Shown one piece after another: positions 1 through 10,159 of a stretch of 64,000 bases of DNA. The translations under genes were made by a program, and so were the position numbers. The DNA is from Candidatus Stammera capleta (lineage in GTDB: Bacteria > Pseudomonadota > Gammaproteobacteria > Enterobacterales > Enterobacteriaceae), in assembly GCA_015134355.1 (NCBI GenBank), contig CP043978.1, forward strand, positions 198,902 to 262,901, given 5' to 3'. Position 1 is the stretch's first letter, and every line of letters starts with the position of its first letter. Below the pieces are notes generated by a model. The model was not told the origin of the DNA. It saw nothing but the letters and a program-made list of their open reading frames with translations, and searched no databases.

Positions 1-258
1 GAATCAATAAAATATGGTGTAGTTAAAATTAATTTAGATACTGATATTCAGTGAAATTATTGATTAGGTATTTTAAATTATTATAAAAATAATAAGTATT
101 ATTTACAATCTCAATTAGGTAATCCAAATGGAATTTATGATCCTAATAAAAAATTTTATGATTCTAGAGTATGAATAAATAAAGGTCAAATTAATGTAAT
201 TAAATATATTTCTAATATTTTAAATATTTTAAATTGTAAAGATTTATTAAATTATTAA
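1..258 (+). CDS. fbaA: Fructose-bisphosphate aldolase class II, C-terminal part (5' end outside window)
   Basis: Frame 1 with TGA=W gives ESIKYGVVKINLDTDIQWNYWLGILNYYK...DSRVWINKG. This is colinear with the remembered E. coli FbaA C-terminus (ESIKYGVVKMNIDTDTQWATWEG...PRVWLRAG). All three conserved Trp are TGA (52-54, 61-63, 172-174). Stop TAA at 256-258. Confidence 0.9.
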
Positions 259-295
259 ATTTTTATTTAATTTTATTTTAAAATATTATTGTAAT

Positions 296-1642
296 TTATT
301 TACCAGCTACTTGTATATTTGATACTAAAATTGAACCAGTTCTAATTTTAGAGTTTTCATTTATATCATTACTCATATATTTAATATTTTTAAATAATTT
401 TATTAAATTTCCTGATATTGTAATTTCATGTATTGGATATTTTATTTTTTTATTTTTTATTAAAAAACCTGAAGCTCCTTTAGAGAATAATCCATTATTA
501 ATATTTATTCCTTGTCCTAATAAATTATTAATTATAATACCATTTTTAATTTTTTTAATTAAATTTTTAAATGTAATATTACAGTATTTATTTTTTATAA
601 AACATCAATTATGTATTCCTCCTGAATTAAATGTATTTTTTATATTTAATTTTTTAGATCATTTATAATTTGATATTCAAGTTTTTAATATACCATTTTT
701 AATAATTGTATATTTTTTTGTATTAAGTCCTTCATTATCAAATGGTTTTGATCCTATTCCTTTATATAAATATGGATTTTCAATTATATTTATTCATTTT
801 GGTAATATTTTTTTATTTAATTTATTTAACATAAAAGATGTTTTATTATATATGTTAGATGCTTTTATAGATTTATATAAATAATAAAATATTTCAGAAG
901 TTATTTCTTTTGTAAATATTACTGAATATATTTTAGTTTTTATTTTTTTTGGATTTAATTTATTTATTAATCCTTTATATGTTTTTATTGGGAGTTTATG
1001 TGTAAAATGTATTAAATCTAATAATTTATGTTTATGTATATATTTAGTATTATATGTCATATTATTAGATTTTTTATAAAAAATATTATTTATAATAATA
1101 TAATCTTGTGTTAAATAATATTTCATTAAATTATAATTATTATATATAAAATTATAATATTTATATTTTTGAAATATTACTCCATCACTTAAAATATTTT
1201 TATTATAATTTAATGAATTTAATTCTATGTTTTTACATAAATTAATTATATTATTAGTATTTATATGATCATTAAATATTAATCCTAAATTTTTTTTATA
1301 TTTTTTTTTAAATAAATAATTAGAAGGTAATTTATTATATTTATCTTTAGATATAAAATCTATAGTGTTATTAAAATATTTTATAAATTTTAAAATAGTT
1401 TTTTTTTTAAAATTATTACATATAAAATTACATTTTTTATTATTTTTATATATATTTATATTTATTATTTGATCTTTTTTGAATTCTATATTTTCTATTT
1501 TTTGATTTTTTATTTTTATTTCTTTTCCTATATTTACTTTAATATTAATTTGTATTTTAGAATTTATATATGATTTTATAAGTTTAAAAGTTTTATATAT
1601 TTTTTTTTTATAATATTTTTTAATTTTTTTATTATTATACAT
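296..1642 (-). CDS. pmbA: PmbA/TldE (TldD/PmbA-family metalloprotease component)
   Basis: ORF-track piece 794..1642 reads on through in-frame TGA codons (794-796, 677-679, 659-661) to TAA at 296-298. The C-terminus ...[29 protein letters not shown]...[12 protein letters not shown] matches E. coli PmbA (...[25 protein letters not shown]...MKIAGQ). Length 448 aa versus 450. Confidence 0.85.
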
Positions 1643-1734
1643 ATTTTAAATTTAAAAGTTTTATAATATATAATATATAATTATATTATATGTATCTTTT
1701 TAATCAATAATTTATTATATTTATATAAATAAAA

Positions 1735-1739
1735 GGGAG
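1735..1739 (+). promoter_or_regulatory. Shine-Dalgarno-like GGGAG upstream of ppa
   Basis: GGGAG lies 12 nt upstream of the ATG at 1752, one of the few G-rich motifs in this spacer. Confidence 0.4.
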
Positions 1740-1751
1740 ATAAATATATAT

Positions 1752-2288
1752 ATGAATTTTAATAATATTCCTAGTGGTTTGAATATACCTGATGATATAT
1801 TTACAATAATAGAAATTTCTTATGGTAATTCTTTGGTAAAATATGAAATTAGTAGAAAATATAATAATATTTTAGTAGATAGATTTATAAATACTCCTAT
1901 ATTTTATCCATTTAATTATGGTTATATTAATAAGACTTTATCTAAAGATGGAGATTGTTTAGATGTTGTTTTATTATGTGATTATAGTATTAATACAGGG
2001 ACTGTAATTCATAGTCGTCCTATTGGAGTATTAAAAATGGTAGATGAATTAGGTAAAGATGACAAAATAATTGCTGTACCAAATTATAATATTTCTAGTG
2101 AATATAATAATATTCATGATATTTCTGATATATCTAAATTAATTTTAAGAAAAGTACATTTTTTTTTTAATAATTATAAATTTTTAAATAAAAATAAATG
2201 AGTAGAAATTGATAATTGGTATGGTATTGATGAATCTAAAAAGTTAATTAATAAATCATTTTTAAATTATAAAAAAAATAATATATAA
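1752..2288 (+). CDS. ppa: Inorganic pyrophosphatase
   Basis: MNFNNIPSGLNIPDDIFTIIEIS...FYPFNYGYINKTLSKDGDCLDVV...GVLKMVDELGKDDKIIAVP matches E. coli Ppa throughout. The TGA at 2199-2201 falls on the conserved W of GKWVKVEGW, and the next W is TGG (2217-2219). Stop TAA at 2286-2288. Confidence 0.95.
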
Positions 2289-2303
2289 TTTATATTATAA
2301 ATT

Positions 2304-2351
2304 TATACCTTCTTAGTATTATTTAATTTAAATAATAAATAAGAAGGTATA
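2304..2351. terminator. Hairpin between convergent ppa and ybhL (candidate bidirectional terminator)
   Basis: A 12-bp stem (2304-2315 TATACCTTCTTA pairs with 2340-2351 TAAGAAGGTATA) sits centred between the ppa stop (2288) and the ybhL stop (2362). It holds the only G/C-containing pairs in the spacer. Confidence 0.5.
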
Positions 2352-2361
2352 TTTATATATA

Positions 2362-3108
2362 TTAGTTTTTTTCTTCTTTTTCTTTATCTTTATCTTTATA
2401 TGATTTAATTCCTAGTATTTTTAGTATTAATATATATATATTAATAAAATCTAAATATAATAATAAAGCTCCTAAAATAGAATATTTTTTTAATTGATCA
2501 TTATGTTTTATGATTATATTATTTCCTATTTCTTTTAATTTTTGTGTATCTCATGCAGTTAATATAGTAAATATAATTATACTTATATATGATGTAACTC
2601 AAATAATATATGAATTTTTTAATCATATATTTATTATACTTGATAATAATATACCTATTAAACACATTAATGATAAATTACCTATTTCAGTAAGATCTTT
2701 TTTAGTTATATACCCTCAAATGCTCATTATAGCAAACATTATACTTGTTATAAAAAATGATGTACATATTGATGAATATGTATATATTAAGAATATACTT
2801 GATATAGATAATCCATTTAATATAGAATATATTATAAATAATATAATTGCTGTTTTAGCAGTTAATTTATTAATTGAATTAGATAATATTAAAACTATCA
2901 TTAGTTGTAATATTAATAATATAAAAATAAAAAATTTATTTAAAAATATTAATTCTAATATAAATGGTATTTTAATAGAATATCATGCTGTAATTGCAGT
3001 TAATAAAAGTCCAAATGACATTCATGCATATACATTACTAATATAATTAGTTAATGTATTTTTATGTATTAATTCAAAATAATTATTATTATAAGAATTT
3101 TTTTTCAT
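2362..3108 (-). CDS. ybhL: BAX inhibitor-1/YccA-family inner membrane protein (YbhL-like)
   Basis: Read with TGA=W: MKKNSYNNNYFELIHKNTLTNYISNVYAWMSFGLLLTAITAWYS...TAWDTQKLKEIG...KKYSILGALLLYLDFINIYILILKILG. This is colinear with E. coli YbhL (...VYGWMTVGLLLTAFVAWY...TAYDTQKLK...RKYSILGALTLYLDFINLFLMLLRIFG). AGGAAA precedes the ATG at 3108. Confidence 0.85.
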
Positions 3109-3131
3109 AAGTATTTCCTAATTTTAATATA

Positions 3132-3857
3132 TTATTTATTATTATAATTAAATCAATTTAATATATTATTTCAAGTTTTTTTAGATACATTTTTATTATA
3201 TGATTTACTTTTTTTATCTAAAAAACTATGTTCACATTTATCATATATTATTAATTTGATATTTTTATTTTTTATATTTTTTTTAAAATTATATATATCT
3301 TTTTTAGGTATTATTTTATCATTTTTTGCATATATACCTAATACAGGTATTTTAATATTATTTGCAAAATCTAATGGATGTATAGGATGTTTTTTATCTT
3401 TAATATTATTAATTCTTCCATATAGAACAATTGATTTTTTAATTTTTTCTTTATTTAAATAAGAATATAATCATGTAATTCTACCTCCTCAACTTAGACC
3501 TATCATATATATATTATTAGTTTTAAATTTTTTTTTAATTCATTTTATTAAATTATTTAAGTCTTTTATTATTATTTTATCTGATAATTTATTAATTTTA
3601 TTTCTTAATATATTTATATCTTCATTAAATTTTATATTTTTTATTCTAAAAAATAGTTGTGGAGATACACAAATATAATTATTTTTACTTAATTTTTTAC
3701 ATATATATTTAATATGATTATTTAATCCAAATATTTCTGAAATTACTAATATAACTTTATTTTTTTTATTATTATTGTTTTTATTAATATAATATATAAT
3801 TGGTAATTTTTTTTTATCTTTAGTTATTATATTATTTTTTATTATTTTTATATTCAT
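3132..3857 (-). CDS. ysgA: Dienelactone hydrolase-family protein (YsgA-like)
   Basis: Piece 3540..3857 continues through TGA codons. [34 protein letters not shown], EHSF and the C-terminal TWNNILNWF match E. coli YsgA ([47 protein letters not shown]). The nucleophile position is Ser rather than Cys. Confidence 0.8.
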
Positions 3858-3950
3858 AATTTTAAATTTTATTTAATATATTTTATATTATATTATATTA
3901 TTTATATTTAAAATTATATTTTAATTTAAAGTTTAAATTTTTATATTATT

Positions 3951-6230
3951 TTAATTTAAATTTTTAATATCATTATCTATTAAAGCATTAAATTTTTTTT
4001 TTAATATTTTTTTACATTTTTTAACTATTTTACTTATTTCCTTTTCTTTTAAAGTTTTTTTATTATTTTGTATATTTAAATTTATTGTTATATTTTTTTT
4101 TTTATTTTTTTTTAATATTTTATTTATAAAAAAATTTATAACTTTAATATTTTTAATATAATTTATATTTTTACATTCATTTATTATTAAATGTATTGGT
4201 ATTTTTTTATTTACTACTAATGTTATATCTCTTTCATTATATGGATATTTTGATAATTTTTTTATATTATTTTTTAAAGGATATAATATTTTATTTAAAT
4301 ATATTTCTGAAACAAATATAGGATATTTTATTGAAAATTTTTTTTGTAATTTATTATTTATCATTCCAATTAATCCTATTTTTTTTTTTTTAATAAATAT
4401 ATTAGCATTTTGTAATTTATCTAAAAATTTATGTTTACTTTTTTTTAAATAAAAATCTTTAATTTTATTTTGTTTTTTTAATAATAATTCTATATCTCCT
4501 TTTATATCATAAAAATTAAATATATTATATTTTTTGTTTTTTCAATATTTTTCGTATTTTATTCCATATGTAATTAAAGATATTTTTTTTTTTAATATAA
4601 ATTTATTATTTTTAATTTTATAACAAGTACCTATTTCAAATATTTTTATACTATTATTTTTTCTTTTGATATTAAAAATTATATTATTAATTAATCCTGG
4701 TATTAATGATGATCTTAGTATTGACATTTTTTTGGATATTGGATTTAATATTTTAATATTTTTTATATTATTATTAAATCTTTTTTCTTTTGATTTATTA
4801 CTAAAATGAAAATTTATTATTTCTGTATATCCTATACTTGATAAAAATTGTTTAATATTATTTATATTTTGTGTATATTCGTTTTTTCTTATAATTTTTA
4901 ATGTTGTTTTAATTCTTTTTTTTTTGATATTTTTAAATCCATAAGATTTTATTATTTCTTCTATAAAATCTTCTTTAATATTTAAATCATATCTACTATT
5001 ATGAGGTTTAATTATTATAAATTTATTTTTTAATTTAATTTTACAATTAATATTTTTTAATATATTTAATATTATTTTTTTTTTTATATGTATACCTATT
5101 TTTTTTTTAATTTCTAAATATTTTATTTTAATATTTTTTTTTTTTTTTATTCTATTATTAATATTTTTAAATAAAATTATATTTCCATATCAAATATTTT
5201 TAATTATAAATAATATTTTTTTAACACAATAATATTGTGTTTCATTATTAAAATTATTATTATAATAAAGTATCATATTATAATCATTTTTATTATAATT
5301 ATAATATATAAATTTTTTTTTAAATAAAAAAGATATTATTATAATTTTTTTTGTATTTTTATTAGGTAAGTATTTTATATTATATTTATTAAAATTTTTT
5401 AATATTATTTCTTTTTTATTTTTTAAAATTATATTTTTATATATATTATTATAATTATTTTTTATTTCTAAAAATATTTTATGTTTTTTGATTTTATTAA
5501 AATCAAAACACATAAGTATATGGCCAAATTCTATTGATATATAATTTATTATATCTAATATATTATTATTAATAATAAATCCCATATTTTCTATTTTATT
5601 TTTAATAAATTTTGGAATATTATTTTTTTTAATATTTATATTATCTATAATTATATATTTATAATTTTTTATATATTTAAAACATTTATTTAAAAATTTA
5701 ATTTTTAAATCATATTTAAATTTATTTTTAAATTTTATTTTTATTTTTTTTTTTTTAATATTAGTATTATTTATAATACATATTTCTTTTGATATATTAT
5801 ATATATTATTACAATCAATTCTGTTATATGGAATATTTATTTCTAAAAATTTTTCGTGTTTTTTAGTTAATAAATTTTGTTTGATTATTATATAATGTTT
5901 ATTATTTATTTTTAGTTTATTTATATAAAAAATATTATTTTTATATATTTTATTTTTATATATATTTTTATTTATTCATATATATTTATAATTAATATTT
6001 TTTTTATATTTTATTTTTATATTTATTTTAAAATTATTTAATAAAATACATATTAAATATATATTATAATTAATTTTTTTATATTTTATAATTTTTGTTT
6101 TTATAAAATTTTGTGGAATATATTTTATAGTAGTTTCAAAACCGTTATTATTTAATATATTTTTTATATTTTTAATATTTAATTTTTTATTTTTTATATA
6201 TTTTTTTATTCATTTTAAGTAAAATTTCAT
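3951..6230 (-). CDS. pheT: Phenylalanine--tRNA ligase beta subunit
   Basis: The N-terminus MKFYLKWIKKYI matches E. coli MKFSELWLREWV. Same-frame pieces 5190..5585, 4542..4727 and 3951..4364 are joined through TGA. The gene lies directly downstream of pheS. The total span is a multiple of 3 (759 aa); the interior was not checked codon by codon. Confidence 0.85.
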
Positions 6231-6234
6231 ATTT

Positions 6235-7209
6235 TTAAAATTGATTTAATCATTCTATATTATTTTCATATAATTTTTTAATATTATTTATTTTATATTT
6301 TATCATTGTTAATCTTTCTATACCTATTCCAAATGCTAATCCTGAAAATAAATTGTTATTAATTTTTACATTTTTTAAAATTTTAGGATGTATTAAACCA
6401 CATCCTATTATTTCAATTCAATTATTTTTATTATTTTTTATATATATTTCTGCTGATGGTTCAGTAAATGGAAAATATGAGGTAATTATTTTAGTTTTAA
6501 CTTTTTTATCAAAAAATATATTTAAAAAATTTTTTATTATATAAATTAAATTACTAAAATTTATATTATAATCTACTAAAAATATTTCTATTTGATGAAA
6601 CATAGGAGTATGAGTTTTATCATAATCTTTTCTAAAAACATTACCTATAGATATAGCTTTTATAGGTGGTTTTTTATTTTTCATATATTTAGTTTGTATA
6701 CATGAAGTTTGAGTAATTAATAATTTTTTTTTATTAATTCAAAATGTATCTTTTTTTGATCTAGTAGGATGATTTTTTTTAATATTTAATGAGTTAAAAT
6801 TATAATATGTATTTTCTATTTCAGAATTATTTATTGTATTAAATCCTAAGTTATTAAAAAATTTTTCTATTCAATTAATTGTAATTGTTATAGGGTGTAA
6901 ATTACCATATTTAATTGATTTATTTCCTGGTAATGATATATCTATAAAATTTTTATTAATTTTTATTTTTTTTTTTATATTTAAATTTTGTTTATTAATT
7001 AAGTTTATAGTTTTTTTTTTTAATTTATTAATAATTTTACCTATTTTAGGTTTTATTTTTTTAGGTATATTTTTAAATAATTTCATTATTATTTTAAAAT
7101 ATCCTTTTTTACCAAAATATTTAATATATGTTTTATTAATTATATCTTTTTTTTTTATATATTTAATATTTTTAATTTTTTTTTTTATCTTTTTTATTAA
7201 ATTTAACAT
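6235..7209 (-). CDS. pheS: Phenylalanine--tRNA ligase alpha subunit
   Basis: Pieces 6871..7209 and 6418..6684 are joined through TGA. ...[17 protein letters not shown]..., [27 protein letters not shown] and [13 protein letters not shown] are class II PheS core motifs. Length 324 aa versus 327 in E. coli. Confidence 0.9.
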
Positions 7210-7216
7210 TTAAAAT

Positions 7217-7564
7217 TTATTTATTAATAATTAATATTAATTTTTTAAATATTTTAGGATTATTATTTATAATATTTGATAAAATTTTTCTATTTATATT
7301 AATTGATTTTTTTCTTAATTTATTTATAAATTTACTATAAGATATTCCATATTCTCTAACTTTTGCATTTATATGTCTTATTCATATTTTTCTAAAATAT
7401 CCTTTTTTTTTTTTTCTATCTCTATATGAATATTGTCCTGATTTTATAAAAGCTTGATTTGCTGTTTTAAAACATCTTGATCTTGCTCCATAGTATCCTT
7501 TACATAATTTTAATATTTTTTTATGATATTTATGATTATTTTTACCCTTTTTAATTCTTATCAT
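7217..7564 (-). CDS. rplT: 50S ribosomal protein L20
   Basis: [30 protein letters not shown]...[19 protein letters not shown](TGA)[22 protein letters not shown] matches E. coli L20, including W at FRQLWI. Confidence 0.95.
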
Positions 7565-7581
7565 TATATTTTCTCTTATAT

Positions 7582-7773
7582 TTATAGATATGGTATATAT
7601 TTTTTAATTTTTTTATTATTTTTAAGAATAGTTTTTTTTTTAAGTTTTCTTTTATAATTTTTATTTTTTTTTGTAAGTATATGACGTAAATTTGAATGTT
7701 TAAATTTTATTTTTCCTAATGATGTTTTTATAATTCTTTTTTTTATTGATTTAATTGTTTTTATTTTAATCAT
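7582..7773 (-). CDS. rpmI: 50S ribosomal protein L35
   Basis: [36 protein letters not shown] resembles E. coli [36 protein letters not shown]. It sits between infC and rplT. Confidence 0.9.
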   Translation of the reverse strand: MIKIKTIKSIKKRIIKTSLGKIKFKHSNLRHILTKKNKNYKRKLKKKTILKNNKKIKKYIPYL

Positions 7774-7785
7774 ATATTTATAATA

Positions 7786-8283
7786 TTATTTATTAGGTTT
7801 AAATATCATTATCATCTGATTATTTTCTATTTTATTATTTAAGAAATCTAATTTAGATATTTTATTTAGATTTTTTTTGATATTATTAAACATTTTTATA
7901 GCTATATTTTTATGTATTATTTCTCTTCCTTTAAATCTTATTATAATTTTAATTTTATATTTTTTTTTAATTAAATTTTTTATTTTTCTAATTTTTATAT
8001 TATAATCATTTTTGTTAGTATTTGGTCTAAATTTAATTTCTTTTATAATAAAATTTTTATTTTTATTTTTTTTTATATTTTTATTTTTTCTATATATAAA
8101 TTTTCCATAATCTAATATTTTACATATAGGTGGATTAGTTTTAGAATTTATTTCTATTAAATCCATATTAGATTTTTTAGCTATATATAATGCTTCTTTA
8201 GTTTTTATTATTTTATTTTTTATTATATTATTACCTATTATTCTTATTATTTTAGATTTAATATTTTTATTTATATTAAACAT
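7786..8283 (-). CDS. infC: Translation initiation factor IF-3
   Basis: ...EALYIAKKSNMDLIEINSKTNPPICKILDYGKFIY... matches E. coli IF3 ([35 protein letters not shown]). The ATG at 8283 gives a slightly short N-terminus. In-frame ATT codons at 8308-8319 could be the true start, as with the E. coli AUU start. Confidence 0.9.
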   Translation of the reverse strand: MFNINKNIKSKIIRIIGNNIIKNKIIKTKEALYIAKKSNMDLIEINSKTNPPICKILDYGKFIYRKNKNIKKNKNKNFIIKEIKFRPNTNKNDYNIKIRKIKNLIKKKYKIKIIIRFKGREIIHKNIAIKMFNNIKKNLNKISKLDFLNNKIENNQMIMIFKPNK

Positions 8284-8311
8284 ATATTTTTTAGTATTTT
8301 TTTTATTAATT

Positions 8312-9532
8312 TTAATAATTTTTTCCTTTAAAAATTTTTTTAGTTTTTTTCTTAATTTTTTTTATGATATAATTTAAATATTTTTGTTTATTTTTATTTT
8401 TAATATTATTTCTAATATTAATTTTATTTAAATTTATTTCTTGATCACCACATATTATTATATAAGGTATCTTTTGTAAAGTATATTTACGTATTTTAAA
8501 ATTTATTTTATTATTTTTAATATCTATTATAGATCTTATATAATTATATTGATTTAGAATTTTAAATATTTTTTTACAATATAATATATGTTTCTTAGAA
8601 ATATTTAATATAACTATTTGTATTGGTGTTAATCATATAGGTAATCATCCTTTATTTTTTTCTATTAATATACCTATAAATCTTTCTAAAGATCCTAATA
8701 TAGCTCTATGTATTATAATAGGATATTTTTTAATATTATTTCTATTTATAAAATAAACTTTTAAATTTTTAGATAAATTAAAATCTATTTGTATAGTACC
8801 ACATTGTCATTTTTTATTTTGTTTGTCTTTTATTAAAAATTCTATTTTTGGTCCATAAAATGCTCCATCATTTTTATTTATTTTAAATTTTATATTTTTT
8901 TTAATTAAAATATTTATTAATTGATTTTCTATATTATTTCATTTTTTTTTTTTACCTAGATATTTTTTAGGTCTAGTTGATATATATATATATATTTTTT
9001 TTAATTTAAATATTTTATATATTTTTTTAATAATAAATATACATTCTAATATTTCTTTTTTTATTTGTTTTTTTGTACAAAAAATATGTGCATCATCTTG
9101 AGTAAAAGATTTAGTTCTCATTAAACCATATAATGAACCTGAAGGTTCATTTCTATGACATATACCAAATTCAGATATTTTAATTGGTAAATCTTTATAT
9201 GATTTTACATTATTTTTAAATATTTCTATATGTCCTAAACAGTTCATAGGTTTTAAACATAATTTAATATTTTTTTTAATATAAAAAATATATTTTTTAT
9301 AATTTTTTCAATGTCCACTATTTTTTCATATTTTTTTAGGTATTAAATATGCTGTTTGTACTTCTTTATATTTAAATTTTTTTATTTTTTCTCTAATTAA
9401 ATTTTTTATTATATTTATTATTATTAATCCATTATTTGTTCAATAAATAATTCCAGGATTATTTTTTTGAATATGAAATATTTTTATATTTTTATTAATT
9501 ATTCTATGATCATTTATTTTAAATTTATTCAT
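8312..9532 (-). CDS. thrS: Threonine--tRNA ligase, catalytic and anticodon-binding domains only (N-terminal TGS/editing half absent)
   Basis: Starts [35 protein letters not shown], which aligns near residue 240 of E. coli ThrRS ([29 protein letters not shown]). It continues through [12 protein letters not shown] and [27 protein letters not shown] to ...[10 protein letters not shown]...KGKNY. An in-frame TAA at 9566-9568 limits any upstream extension. Length 406 aa versus 642. Confidence 0.85.
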
Positions 9533-9626
9533 TTTATATAATTTATTATATTGTTTATTTTTATTTTAAATAATAAATATATTTATATATTATTATATAT
9601 AATAAAATAATTATTTTAAATATATT

Positions 9627-10157
9627 ATGTCTTTTAATAATCATTTAATTTTTTCTTTATTTTGTTGTATAATATTTATAAAATATTTTTGTTTGAAATA
9701 TAATATTAATTTATTAATTTTAATTTTATTTAGTTTATTTTCTAGTTTATTACCTGATATAGATCATATTAATTCATTTATTGGTAATAAATTTAAAAAT
9801 ATTTCTTATTTTATATATAAAATTTTTGGACATAGAACTATAACACATAGTTTAATTATTTTATATTTATTATATATATTAATATTTAATATTAAATTTT
9901 TATTTTATAATATTAGTATTAGCATTAAATATGGTGTATTTATAGGATATTTAAGTCATATATTAGCTGATATGTTAACTATTAAAGGTATAAATTTTTT
10001 TTGACCTTTTAAAATATATTTTAAATTTCCTTATTTTAATATAAAAAATAGAAAATTAGAATATTATATTTGTTTATTTTTATTATTTTTATCTATTTTT
10101 TTAGAAAATATAATTTGTATATTAAAAATCTTATTTAAAAATATATATTTAATTTAA
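9627..10157 (+). CDS. ydjM: YdjM-family membrane-bound metal-dependent hydrolase
   Basis: LLPDIDHINSFIG, FGHRTITHSL and GYLSHILADMLTIKGINFFW(TGA)P match E. coli YdjM (LLPDIDHPKSFLG, FGHRGFTHSL, GYLSHILADMLTPAGVPLLWP). Confidence 0.8.
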
Positions 10158-10159
10158 TA

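Noticed and set aside
2510-3046. A long plus-strand ORF (178 aa) antisense to ybhL. Similar antisense ORFs lie at 3256-3462, 6353-6544, 11377-11601, 25292-25507, 26195-26392, 29203-29508, 29632-29844, 31013-31216, 31607-32134, 33236-33433, 33612-33887, 49875-50339 and 53934-54365.
   Set aside because: Each lies opposite a well-supported conserved gene. Each encodes low-complexity Phe/Leu/Ile-rich sequence, which is what the complement of Lys/Asn/Ile-rich AT-biased coding DNA produces. None has recognisable homology.
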